This document shows positions 1-13,187 of a DNA stretch of 64,000 bases, piece by piece. This DNA is from Paramecium tetraurelia (Eukaryota). How positions within the stretch are numbered: position 1 is the stretch's first letter; each line of letters opens with the position of its first letter. The position numbers and the translations under genes are program-made. The DNA lies in NCBI GenBank assembly GCA_000165425.1, contig CT868540.1:496001-560000 (forward strand), read 5' to 3'. Under the pieces are notes generated by a model. It was not told where the DNA came from and did no database searches. It worked only from the letters and a program-made list of their open reading frames with translations.

Positions 1-680
1 TGCTCCAGTTGCTCCAGCACCTCCTTTAGCACCAGCTGCTGCTTTATCTTTATCACCACCCTTTCCAGCTGCTGGTTTATCATCATCATCTTCCTCTTTT
101 CTAATAGCTGGCTTTCTTGCTATTTAATAAGTAACTAATATATATTACCCTTTGGTGTATCTTCATCATCTTCTTCTAATTCCTTGAGTCTTTATGCTTC
201 TTCAGCTGCTGCTTCTTCTGCTAATTTCTCTTATTAAATATGCTCCAATTGATCTTCTTGGTCATTGAGATCATCATCACCAATTACATCTCCATCTCTA
301 TTTAAAGCTGTGTATTTATTCATTAAGATGATTCTCTGTCTTTTAATACTTCTAACAATACTCCTCACATGACTCGCTGGAGGGTGCTAAATAAAAAATT
401 ATAGCTAACATAGGCTTTATCATTTGCTGCAATTTAAATAGAGGCTACATCTATGCTGTCTAATGGTACTGCCAATTCTAATAACCATAAAGGATACTCA
501 TCAATCTCTTTGATTTATGGGTCTTTTCTTTCTTTCCAAATATTAATTAAATCATCTGAAGTGGCGACTGCCTCTACTTTTGCTTTTTTTGGACCTCTTA
601 TCCACATTTAATTATACTAATTTTAAACACTTCAATACAATCGATGTAGTTCTGATAAGTAATCCTAAACTTCTATACAT
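1..680 (-). CDS. Probable mitochondrial ribosomal protein mL54 (yeast MRPL37 family); runs off the window start
   Basis: MYRSLGLLIRTTSI, 22-nt intron, then YNQMWIRGPKKAKV...INIWKERKDPQIKEIDEYPLWLLEL. DP..K...EYP.WL is the mL54 motif; basic presequence-like N-terminus; acidic and Ala/Gly-rich tail. Confidence 0.6.
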
Positions 681-762
681 TAAATATAATTTAATTATAT
701 AATATTTATTAATAGTGAATATTATACTATCTAATAAATACAATTCAAAAGATGAAATATAT

Positions 763-2909
763 TCAAAAAATTTCGCAGTTTTAGCAGACTGTTTTATCTT
801 ATGATTTTTTTCCAATTTAGTATTTATGGAGTTATAACCCATCACTTGCTATAATCATTTTATCAACTTATAAAAAGCACATAAGTTTTGCAGGTTTGGA
901 AGCATTAACCATAAGTTCATTTCCTTTATTTTCTACCAATTAATTTAATTGTGCGCTGATTTGAATTGACCCAATATATTTTTCACAAACCCAAACAAGA
1001 TAATTATCAGATAAAGTTAATGCTAAAGGTATATTATTACCATTAATTTAACATTTTTACACAATTGTAATGACTCCTATAATTATATATAATAGTAATA
1101 CCATCTTTAATATGAAAAATTGGTATTTGAGGTAGGTTCTTACTTATCCCTGCAAAGTGTTCAGATGATATCAATTATAGATTATGGATCTAAGCATCAA
1201 ATTGAAATTTAGCACTAAATTTAGTTTGGAATATTACGATTATTCATATACCAAATATTTTCCATAAATTATTAGGTTCTCGTGAGATGAAATAATCTAT
1301 TTGGTTTCATCATCATAAATCAAATCCACCACAGATCTATCCACGTCTTTGTACTTTTTAATTATAGAAGGTGGCTAAGTATCAAATGCCAATATCATAA
1401 TTTCTCCTGTTTCAGCTCCTAATATACATAGATCTTTTCTCATGTATTTCATCACCTAATAAAATCCATAATAATATTTACAGTTATCTTATCAGATTGA
1501 AAATTTTAAATTTTCTCACATTAGAATGTTTTGCTCTTCAAATTCACTCCAAAAATCTCTCCAGATTATGTGATCCCAACACATATATTTAATGTCTGCA
1601 AATATGATAAAAAAGAGACGTCTGCATTAGGATTATTTAATACTTTAAGTAAAAATGCATTCTGATACACCATTTAAGGATATTAATCTTACTCCTTCAT
1701 TTGAATAAGCCAATATTTAACTACCTGCTGAGATTATCTTCTTATGATTGCACAAATCATTAAGAGTCCCTAAATATCTCAAAGTTGTATTTTGATTAGA
1801 ATAAAATTTAATAGCTTTAGTCTATTCATTAATATGAGCTGGATGAACAGATTAATCCTTTTCACTAAAATAATTATATTATTTACTCATCCTCATAATC
1901 TGGATTCAATGCTTTTAAAGCTTAAAGCCATGTAAATCTGTTTCGTTCACTGAATTCTGTCATTCCTTAGATACATGCCTTTATTTAAGGATTTTAAATC
2001 CTACTAACTTAATTTTACAATTTCTTCCAACCCTAACAGTCTTTCTTTTTCATTGGATCTTCGCTGCTATCAATAGCATTTCCAGTATTTTCTTCATATA
2101 TGATTGGATCATTCAATTTCGAAAGGTCTTTGTCACTTAAAAGTAAAATCATTTGTAGAAATGTAATTCCTAATGAAAATATATCACTCTTCTCTAAATC
2201 ATGTCTAACTTATGTTAAAGTATTTACTTAACTTTTCCTGGTTAATTAGTTGTGTAAGCAATATAGAGTTTAGGAGACAGAAATAAGGGTGTTCCTACTA
2301 ATGTATTAAGCATTGCTTGTCCATTAAAATTTTCTTTTCCTGCCCCAAAATCAGCTAATTTAACTGTGTATGGTTATCGGCATGTAACTAGGATGTTTTC
2401 TGGTTTGATATCTCTGTGAAACAAATGTTTGTTTTTTGCAAGATAATAAAATGCTTTCAAACATTAATTCATAATGTCTATCAGCATTAAATCTAAAAGA
2501 ATCTACTTAGTCATTAATACCCCCAAATTCTAGTTAAGCCTTTCTTCTTTCATCAATATCAGCTTTCAAACTATTCTGAGCCAACTCCATTGCAAAAACT
2601 AAAACATATTTCTTTGCTGGCATCTGTTCCATCCAAGAGTAGACCTTATGAACCTTTATGACATTCTAATGATAAGTGATCACTTGATATAGGTTCAATT
2701 CTTGAATAGCAAGCTCATACGCTTATTCGCTTAAGTTATTTTATTTTATACTTTGATGTTTCGATAATTTTCAGAGCATAATAACCCGCAGGAAGAGATT
2801 TTAATGCTTTTCCCTTATATACTTTTCCGAATGTTCCTTGCCCCAACATTTATAAATTCTTGAAATCAAAGTCTTCTTAAAACTCAATTTAGGTTGGAAA
2901 TTGTTGCAT
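763..2909 (-). CDS. Ser/Thr protein kinase with C-terminal WD40-like beta-propeller and CaaX-like end (CQNCEIF*)
   Basis: LGQGTFGKVYKG, HRDIKPENILV, LADFG, GTPLFLSPKLY, SDIFSLG; several tiny introns; beta-strand-rich repeats in the C-terminal half; TGA at 763-765. Confidence 0.85.
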
Positions 2910-3122
2910 AATGATATAATTTGTATTTGTGGAAATTAAAATAATATAAAATTAACTCACTAAACATACTGATGTTTTCTTATGTTTATAATGTACTAGA
3001 ATGACTACAATCATCATCTACTCTTAAAATATAATCAATTTTAGACTGGATCTCAATAAGAAATTTAGAAAATTCATTGGTATGAAGAATTATGGAATTT
3101 TTTGGAAAATTAATATAAATAC

Positions 3123-4043
3123 TCAAAAATCGCATGACGCTTTTTGAATATGATTATTTGAATTCAAAATAAATATTTCATTTTTACCTTCTATCCATAT
3201 TTTCTCAAAAACATTATTTTAAACCAGCAATTTAGATAATTTGGATGTTGTTATATTCCATCTTATCAAACAATTTCCAGTGTTCAAAAATAAGTACTTA
3301 ATATTTTTAGAATATTTGAGATCGCATATATTTTATAACACATTATCAGACAATTTTCTTATTAGTTTTTTGCTTTATAAGTTCTTCAACAATAGTTTGT
3401 AATTATTATCAAAAGTGATTACCGACAACAATTTATTTGATTCAGTAAAATGAATTATTTTATTACTTTCTACATATTTGTATTTCTATTTACAAAAGTT
3501 ATTTTTCAAATACATCACTTACAATTCATTGTTGAATGCTATATTGATAATGAAATCCAAGCTTGCTTTTTAAAGAACCCTATATTCTCCATCAAATTAT
3601 AATAATAATTCCAGATTCTCTTAATTCAAATCAATTAAATTTAGTGCATCATTTTAATATAAATAGATCTTCTTTTCCTGTTCAACTAGAATATAACTGT
3701 CGAGAGGAAGAAAAATTGAGGGTAATTTGTAACAGATTTCAGATCTGGTGCTTAATTCGATAATTCTCAAACTTTTGCTTTCTTCTTGAGCTATACATAT
3801 CTTTTTTTCGTCGGAAGTAAATTGCAAATCATATAATTCAAATTTGACAAAAGTCATTTCAAAAATATTCTTTTTTGTTATCAAGCTGATCACATACAGC
3901 TTTTTTCCTTCTATTACAAAAGCTAATAGGTTTCCAGATTTAGATACTAAAAAATGAGATATGAAATCTGTTTCTCTTAATTTCCAAATAGTTTACCAAT
4001 CTTTTGATACTTATGCTAATTGGGACTTTTTTGGTTAATACAT
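3123..4043 (-). CDS. WD40-like beta-propeller protein (306 aa, intronless)
   Basis: TGA-free frame from ATG 4043 to TGA 3123; WD-like strands such as SHFLVSKSGNLLAFV, DLQFTSDEKKICIA and YLFLNTGNCLIRWNI. Confidence 0.7.
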
Positions 4044-4227
4044 GTTTACTTTTTGTTAAATTTCTTCTAATTTTATAAATAAATAAATTCGCCAAATTTA
4101 AAAAGGGATTACGATAAAAATTATTTAATTTTATTTAATCTATTGAATTATTAATTAATAAAGAGAATTAGTTTATAAAATATATAATAATATATATGTT
4201 TGATAATTATTAAGTATTAAAAGACAA

Positions 4228-5961
4228 TCAATTATTAATACTATCAATCAATTGTTGTAATTAATCTATTTCAAAAACACTTAGTTGCCTATTCAATTTA
4301 TAGAATTAGGATTCTATATAATCAAGAGATGCTTTTGAAAATTTTATGCCATTTTCTTAAAATAGTTCAAACAAGTCCTATTATTATTATATTTTTAAAT
4401 TACATTCACATTATGTTTATTTCTAGGACTTTAAAATTTAGATTAAATTTGATTACAAATCATTTCAAGATTATTCGCATTCAAATTTGTCTGGATTTCA
4501 TCAAAAACTTATTTGTTAGGCAATCGAAAATTATCTAATAATGTCTTTAAAATGCTTCTTATCCTAGAATTATTTTATGGCTTGTCTAAATTAATTTCAT
4601 CTTCTTAATCAAATAAATAATTTGCCAAAGTGCAAGCTTGTTCCTTAGTTAAACTGAAAATTTATTATTACAAAGAATCTTTAAGCTCTTCTAAAGTAGT
4701 TTCTTATTAATTTTTAAACAAATACTATTATAAATTAAAAGTATATTACAGCATCTAATTCATCGAAAGCAACTTTATTTATAATCATAGAAAATTTGAT
4801 AATCTTCACTATTTAACAAAGATCTTGTTTGTTAATTTTCGAATATTTAGATTTCCCAATACCGCTTAAAGATCTTTAAGATGTAATTAGTGAGAAATCT
4901 CCAGAACCTCGACCAACAATTTAATTCTATGAAAACATAGAAGGTTTGATAATCGAGTTTGATTTCTCATTCTTTTTAAGTTTAGCTTTTTAAATGTGCT
5001 CCTCCTATAAAGCTTTGCATAATGATTCACATCTCTCTTACAACAATTACATTTCATCATCCTTCTCTATAATTCTTCTATCATATATTTTAATTTCTTA
5101 TTTATGTCTCTCTATTAATTATTCTATATAAATTTCATCTTCCTATCTCTTGGAACTCAATTTATGAATATCCGAAAGTAATTTCCTAAGTATAATTAAA
5201 ATTAATACTTAATTTATTAATCTTATTTACTCTTTTGATTGTGTTTAACTGCAAACAATAAATCTCTTTCCTTGTATTATCTAATCTCTTTTTACAATTC
5301 ATTAATGAGTTATTTTTATTACTAAATTTTGACTTATTATGTTACGATATGCTTTTTCATTTAGTCATAATCTTTTAGTTTCTCCTCTAAACCTGACACT
5401 ATCTAAACTAGTTTAATATTATCTTATTCTAATTCTTCAAGAATGGCAAATTGTGGGGTTAACATATTTCTTTGATTGCCCAATAATTTTTCTTTTTGAA
5501 GTTCAATCATATTTTACAGTTCAGCTATTTTTTTCTAATAATTCACGATCTCATCCATTTTCAATTTTTTTTTTAATCCTTCTATCTCAACTTCTTTATT
5601 CTATAGTAATTTAAGTAAATGTTTGAATTTCTAATTGTTTCGAACAGTTTTCACTTATATATCATCATCTGATAACTGCTAGTGAAAGCTTTCAACATCT
5701 TTCTTGATATTAATAATCCCTTACTTGAAAATAGATATTCTAAGACTTTAATTAAATATTTTCCAATCTTAATTAATTGAGCTCTTGTTTCATTTTTAAT
5801 AATTGATCTTATTGATCCTCCTTATCATAATACGAGTGTCTTGACTCATGCTTAGACAAAAAGCCAATTGAATTGACTAGATGGTGTCTTGGACGATGAG
5901 ATTCATGACAAGATTAATTGATTGACCCTATCGATCGATTTTTACAAGACTCAGGAAACAT
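4228..5961 (-). CDS. Hypothetical coiled-coil protein
   Basis: ATG TTT CCT GAG..., long Q/E/K-rich heptad region, tiny introns near 5190-5210 and 4730-4750; ends FEIDQLQQLIDSINN*. Confidence 0.6.
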
Positions 5962-6425
5962 AAATAAATTTTATAAAGAATTATTTAATAATATCCCAAT
6001 ATTTTTATTATATGTCCTTAAAATTATCTAGATAATATAATTTTATCTCTATTATTAAAGAAATTATTTGATAGTACTGATATAACTTTTGAAGTTTATC
6101 AATATTTTATAAATTTCTCAAATTACTGAATAATTTATTATTGCGAGTACTTTAATTTTTATCCGCTAGTTCTTTAAAAGAAGAGATAATTAAATAAAAT
6201 ATTTGAAATTAATAAAATATTTATATAATGGGTGATTAGCCTTAACATTATGCTACTAAGATAATATTTCTTATAGATATATCAATTATATTCAATTAAT
6301 TACACTTAAGATTTATTTCTAAATTTGGCATGTTAATATATCTTTTCATTTCAATTTCTGATATCAAAATTCGATTAGACTATTTTCTTAATTAATTTCC
6401 TGTTTTAATTATACACTTATTAAAA

Positions 6426-6962
6426 ATGGGAAGTGCATGCGATTCAAGAATTATTACACCTTCTAAAGATTTTGATTTAGAAGAAATTAACTTTGGAAAA
6501 ACATATATTTATGGTCCTCCATCAATTTTAAAACCACAACCTATTCAAATATTGAAGTTTTCTGATGATGAAATAAATTATCAATAAGAAAAGGAATTTT
6601 AGTCTCATCCTTAAAAGGATTACTCAGAGGAGTCAGCCGTTGTATTTATTCCAAGTGGAAATTTAAGACCCTTTGAAAAAAAATTGTCAGTAGATGAAGC
6701 CTTAATATTGAAAGAAATACCGGAATAACAAGAACAGAATAGTATTTCAAGGAATATGAAGAACTCTAATTAAGATATTGTATAATACAAATCAATATTA
6801 AAACACAAAAGTACGAATACGCTAAACACTTCGTATCCGTAAAGTCCTTAACATCACTTCAAAGAATCTTAAACTTCAAGTTCTTAAAACTCCATAAAAA
6901 AAGTAACATTTGAAAAAAAATAGAGAGTTGTATATAGTAGCTTCAGAAGGATCAAAAATTGA
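6426..6962 (+). CDS. Small N-acylated protein (MGSAC) with SILK and RVxF PP1-docking motifs (178 aa)
   Basis: Intronless 537-nt ORF: MGSACDS..., PPSILKP, KSILKHK, KKVTFEKKQRVVY, TGA. Confidence 0.75.
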
Positions 6963-7274
6963 GGCAAAAGAGTTTATTTTTATTTGATTGTTTTTAAAAT
7001 AATTAGCATGTATCAATAATTATTTTATCATTAATTACAATTCTAATTATATCAGAAGAATAATTGTAATCATATTAAAAAAAGCGATATTAAGTTCTTT
7101 TAGTAGAAGGTTAAAAATAGTGAGAAGAGTATCTTAAATTTATCAATAAATTATTGAATCAAAAGATTATGGTTCTGACTTCTTTATTCAACCTTAAGCA
7201 TGTTAATCTATTTACTAGAAATATTGATTATTTAATAATTATCATAGGTTTGACGTCATTATATATTAATTTTA

Positions 7275-7955
7275 ATGAAGCTTCTTATTGTTGTTTTATT
7301 GATACTAGCAACAACTGCAATTTCCATCAACTCTAAATGTACTGCAGAAGTAACCAAGCTCACCCCAAGATTATCCAAATTATATGGAAATGTAAATGAA
7401 AGAAAAATTGTTTCAAGTGTCAAGGAATTAGTTGGAATATTGAAATAATTAGTTTATGTAAAGAAATCTTGTTCTGGATCAGAAGGAGTCGATTTGTCAA
7501 CATTTACAAAAAAAATAGGAGTTTGTTTGAAAGGAGGTTTTGATTTAGCTACTAATGCTTATAAATCATATAATGAATTTGAAGAAGATGGATTCTCAGA
7601 TATTCTTGTTGATAGTTTAGTTGAAATGTCACATTTGGTGGAACCTGTAATAACCAACTGCTGGGGAGAAGAAGTGAAATCAGCCTTAGGATTTGTTTTA
7701 CCTGATTAATGCATCACAGTCTTGGATAATGTTGCATAGGTCTCACTTTAAATTATAGAATAAAAAGAAAGACCATTGATGGTGACTAAGGGATTAATCA
7801 ATCTGTAGAAGATTTTCAAATAATCTAAGAAGGCTTGTCCTTTTGTAGAGAGTTTAATTCCAAAGAAGGAAGAGAAAGAGGAAGATAGTGAGGATAGCGA
7901 TTTTTCTGATGATGACGATAATGATATGGAATCATTGTTTGAACTATTCTAATGA
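7275..7955 (+). CDS. Secreted protein with three Cys-bracketed helical repeats and an acidic tail (226 aa)
   Basis: Signal peptide MKLLIVVLLILATTA; 681-nt open frame; Cys at residues 22/66, 84/129 and 146/188. Confidence 0.8.
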
Positions 7956-8066
7956 TCAATATATTATAAAAGGATAAGAATTTATTTAATAACAATTTAA
8001 CGATTGACATTATTGAAGATATAAGTTTTTATCTTAATTTTTATTCAAATAAATTTATTTTGAATT

Positions 8067-9526
8067 ATGAGTTCTCTCTTTGTTAAGTGCATGGTTTGCT
8101 AACAAAGACCAGCCACTATAAAGTGCAATTAATGTTAATTGGGCTAAACTTATCGATTGTGTTACAGTTGTGATTCTTAAGTACACAATAAAAACAATCC
8201 ATCAGAAGAACAGCATAAAACTGAGATTATCCCATATCAAGGTATAACTATCTTTATTATCATTAGAAATGTATCAAAAGGCAGGATCTGCCTCAGCTTT
8301 GAAAGATTCTTCCTTGAAAGTAACTATTTATTTTTGAATTTTGTAGTCTAAACCTGAATAGTAATAGCAAAAGCAATAACCACAAGGTATAGCAAAACCT
8401 TAATCCTCGGCTTCATCTAAGCAATTCTCGAACAACTTTAAATCAGTAAAGCCTGATATGCCATAAAAAGAAGAAATTTTGAATAATTAAAAACCTGTTA
8501 AAGAACCTGTTCAATTGGTCTAATAGCAATCTTTACCCAATAAGTTTACTAACAATTACATTTACCCTTAATCTTAAACCAAACAAAAAGTAGAACCTAA
8601 ATAAGAAGAGATCTAAAGGCAAAATAATTCTGCATCTTATATGAGCAACTAAAACAATAAACTCAAGGAGTAGATTTAAGAAGAATAAGATTAAAATAAT
8701 GATTTAAGGAGAGAAATACAGTAAACTAAAGACTAAATTAAAAACATTAATAGTGAAATCGATAAGAAAATGTATATTTTGAGAATATTTTAGATAATAA
8801 AATTCAAGAGATTTTGAAAAGAAAATAAATGACTTAAAGAAAGAAAGCACAGAAGAGAAAAAGAAAATAACTAATTTAACTGATGAAGTAATTTTTAATT
8901 TAAATCAAGGTTAAAAAATTAACTGAATAAGTTAAAAGCGTTGATCAATAAACTTAAAAAAAATTAGATAATTAAAAAAAATAATATGAAAAATAGATCA
9001 AAGATATGGAATCAGTCATCAACGAAAAGTAACAATAAATTGAAGAAATTGCTGAAGAATTTTAGAATTACAATCTAGAGGACATTTAGGCTAAAATGGA
9101 TGAAATGGCTAATGAAATAGATGAAAAAGACTAAATTATAGAAGAATTGAAAAATTAACTTGAATAAGGAGGAGGAGAAGAAAAAAGGGAAGATAATGAT
9201 GAATTATTGCAATAACTTGAATAAAAGGATGAGGAAATTAAAAAGTTAGAGAACCTAATAGAAAATTTCAAATAATTATATTAATAAATGTAAGATGAAA
9301 AGTAAGCAATGATGGAAGAGAATGAGAAATTACAAACTGAGAATAATCAATTCAGAGAATTGTTTAGTGTATTTTTTATATTTATTCAATTAGTAAAATC
9401 TTCACCTGTTTGGTATTGATCCAAATCAATTGGAAGAGGAAGATGGGGAAGGCGAATAAGAAGGAGAAGGAGAACAATATGAGTAGGATGAAGAAGGTAA
9501 TTTTCTTATTTATTCTAGAGAATTGA
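8067..9526 (+). CDS. B-box zinc-finger plus coiled-coil protein
   Basis: CMVCQQRPATIKCNQC...LCYSCDSQVH...H, then a Q-rich linker, E/K coiled coil and acidic tail; six 22-27 nt GTA..AG introns. Confidence 0.8.
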
Positions 9527-9600
9527 TTATAATAATAATATCTATACCATTAATCTAAAATTAAATTTTTTATTATTTTAAAAAGACTCTTTTGTTCATT

Positions 9601-10279
9601 TCATATCGTTGTCTCATCTTTTATAATCATAAGAATTACTTATAGTAATAATGTTGAAGCAATAAGATACATTTAAGAATTTAAAAAGATTGATATCAAT
9701 TTGTATCCCAATTATGATATCTTCTAATACATCTTAAATGATTTTCTTGAAGATAAATATTTTCAGTAAGAAATAAATACACAAAAAATTGTTAATTCTA
9801 AAGTAAACTTGAAAACATTCTTGCATACAAAATTTGAATTGATAAAATTATAAATCCAATATAATTTTATCAAATCTATTAATTGAAGGGAATAATTTTA
9901 ATTTTTAAATCCTTCATGCAATTATCTTTTATAAATTTCAATAGTATATTTTTTGTAAATTATATTTAGTAATTTTATGAAATAGAAATTAGAGAATTTT
10001 TAATTTTAGTTTTAGGTTTTAGAATAGCTCCCTAAATTGCAATTCATAATTTAATAAATCAGAACTTCCTTTAATAGCGGCATAAATCCTTCAAAATCAA
10101 AACAAATTAGGGTATACTACATTTAATCAAATTAACATATATATTCTTTAACTTCTACGTATTGTAACCTAAAAATAATTGCCAATTAATCTATTAAATT
10201 CTCTAACTTCTATCATTTATTAAATTGATGTTTTCGTTTAAATATTGTATTTCTTAACGACTTTTGGTTCTCTATCCAT
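9601..10279 (-). CDS. Hypothetical protein (structure uncertain)
   Basis: ATG GAT AGA GAA CCA AAA... with coding-like stretches; exon structure not fully resolved. Confidence 0.3.
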
Positions 10280-10451
10280 TTGTATATTTATCAAAATTTT
10301 ATTATTCTAATATTTATTACTTTATTCTGATAATTAAAGTGATTTCAAATGTATTTGATTTTATTAGTTGTATGCATTGAAAGCATAAATTTCTTTTTGT
10401 TAATAGTCTTAAGACCTTGTGATATTAAATAATTATTTTATTTTAAAATAA

Positions 10452-13096
10452 ATGGAAGATTTAGGTTTCTCAGAATAAGACAGGGATGCTTTAGAAAGGG
10501 AATTTTAGGATGTAAGATATCTTAAAAATATTTATAGATTATCAACGAGTTAGCTAATGAGCCTGCTTTAGAGAGATTTAGACAAGAATATACAAAATTA
10601 CACCAAGCATTTCGAAACGCTTATGATTAAGAAAGACGATTACTAAGAAAGTTGAGAGATATAAATAGTGATATTTTAAATAATGCTGGCAAAGTAACCA
10701 ATGCTCTGAAATTTTCACAAGAAGATAGTGAGAGAATTAAGTTACTCAAAACTGAACTTGATAACACCTACAAAGTTATAGAATAGGCTTAGATGAGGGA
10801 AGACAAATTGAAATAGAAAATTGAAAACTTTTAAGCTGAAATTAAGCATTTATAAGATTTGGTTGAGTAAGGTAATGCTCTATAGAGTTAAACCAACAAA
10901 ATCACAGAACTCTAAACTTAGAAAGAGGATTTTATTAAAGGTATAGACATGTTATACGGTAGAAAGGGACAGTCTGTAAGCGGAGTTAATCAAAAACAGA
11001 TCAGAAACAGGTAATCTAATTGAAAAATTGAAACTGTTAGAAAATGAAAAATTAATACTTGATTAAAGCTCTCAATAGCTCAAAAAGAATTTACAAGAAA
11101 TGTAAGAAAAGGTAGATAAGGATGAATAAAGAAGAAATAACATTAATGAAGAATTAGAATAATTAAGGTAGAACTACATTAAAACAAAAAAAGAATATGA
11201 AAAATAGAAAGAGGATTTATCAAAAGTTTAAGTTGAATTAAAGAAACAAACAGAAACTTTATAGAAAAAGGATATTGACAAAGAAATTGAGGAAAATGAA
11301 CTTAAAAATTTAAGAGATCAAGTGACTGATGTTAAAAAAATTTACAAAGAGATTATGACTAAAAAAGAAGAAAATGAAGATATTAGGGAAAGTAATGAAG
11401 CTGAAATAATTAAATTGAAGAATGAGAAGAACAATGCCAGAACTCATTTGAATTAAATAGAAAAGAAAAATAATAATTTAAATAAGAAATTGCTTCGATT
11501 TATAGAAACAAAGAGATAAAATTATAAAAGATAAGGAGGTTGCAATTAATTCAATTCAATAATTAGATAGACATGTTACAGATACAAAGAAGTTTAATGA
11601 ATAAGATTAGTAGTTACTTGAGGAGTTGAGAAAAGCACATATAAATTTTGCTAATCATAAAGCAAAATCTGAAGAATACAATAGTAAATTAAATGAAAAA
11701 ATCAATTTGATTGATAAGGAGATAGAATCATATGAAAAAGAAATATTATAACTCTAAGAGGAGGTAGATGAAAGAGAGAAGTAATTTGTAATCAATACAA
11801 AAAAGAAGGAAAAATTTGGAAAGGATGCTGCTTTAATAAATGCAAAGTTTTTGCATTCTCAAGAGGAGATTAAATTGAAAGACAATTTAATAAGTGAATT
11901 TTAGAAGAAAAATATTGAAACAGATAATAAATTAAAACAATAATAACATTTATATGAGGAAGTCAGGTCAGATAGAAACTTATACTCTAAAAACTTGTTA
12001 GAAACATAGGATGAGATTGCTGTAATCAAAAGAAGACATAAAATAGTTTAGCATCAAATAGCTTAATTAAAAGAAGAAATTGATGCAAAAGAAGTTGCTT
12101 TAGCAAAAGAACATTTTGAACATAAAAAGAAAGACAAAACTATAGAGGAGTGTTGTAGAATTCTAGAAAAGAACAGAAAGGAGATTGAGGAAAAAGAAGA
12201 AACAATCAAGAATTATGTTGGAGAAATATCCAAATTGCATTTTGTTTTAAAAGATAGCGAAATTAAGAGACAAAAACTTAAGGAGGAATATGAAACAGTA
12301 GTATCTGAAAGGGATATTTTGGGTACTCAATTAATTAGAAGGAATGATGAATCAGCATTATTGTATGAGAAAATTAAGGTGTAATAAGAAACTTTGGCAT
12401 ATGGAGAATAGTAATATAGAGAAAGATTGAGTGACCATTGAATTATTGAAATTCAAGATTTCTGATCTACAAAGAGAGTTGAAAATAAAAAGAAAGAAGG
12501 CTGGGTTAAGCTCCAATTTTAAAGGAAAAGATAAATAATTTATAAAAAGATTTAGTGGAAGAAAAATTGAGAGTGAAAGCTTTAAGTGAAGAATTGGAGA
12601 ATCCATTAAATCCTTAAAGATGCAAGAAACTTGGAGGAGTAATAATCGATATTAATTTTAGAGTGATCCAGATGTATATGAAATGAAATAGAAAATAAAA
12701 ACTTTGTAAAGAAGACTCATCTATAAAACTGAATAAGTAGTAGAGAAAGAAGTCCTAATCCAATAGAAGGAAAAATAAATACTTGAATTGAGAGATATAA
12801 TGAGGAAGTAACCAGGGTTGGAAGAGGCAACTTAAATCTCAAAATTGTAAGAGCAAATGAAGGCCAAGACTAGACAAATGAAAAGTTTGGCTGCAGAGCT
12901 AAATATGTATTAAGCTTAGGTATTAGATATTCTTATTTGATTATAGATCAACGAATACAAGTATGATATTGAAAGATTAAATAAAGAACTTTAGGAGACT
13001 AATAGAAAGTATTTGGAATAAAGAAGGAGAGAGTAGATCTAATAGGAACAATAATAATTAATGGAATAAAATCAATAGAATTAACAACCGGAATGA
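10452..13096 (+). CDS. CFAP58: Cilia- and flagella-associated protein 58 (CCDC147); contains apparent +1 frameshifts
   Basis: LERFRQEYTKLHQAF, LYEEVRSDRNLYSKNLLETQDEI, ERDILGTQLIRRNDE.ALLYEKIK, KALSEELENPLN, RQMKSLAAELNMYQ; four tiny introns. Confidence 0.9.
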
Positions 13097-13187
13097 TCAT
13101 ATATTATAATATGTTATATTATCTAAGAAGAAAGCGGCTATTTAAGTTAGTTTTTGATTGAGTTGATAAATAAAAAAATTGAAGTAA

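Noticed and set aside
2909..4043. Single fused WD40-kinase-WD40 ORF (both genes are in the same frame)
   Set aside because: There is an in-frame TGA at 3123-3125 with no plausible intron removing it.
6228..6425. Upstream ATG-initiated frame overlapping the SILK/RVxF gene
   Set aside because: Long TGA-free frames arise by chance in AT-rich DNA with a single stop codon, and the composition is intergenic-like.
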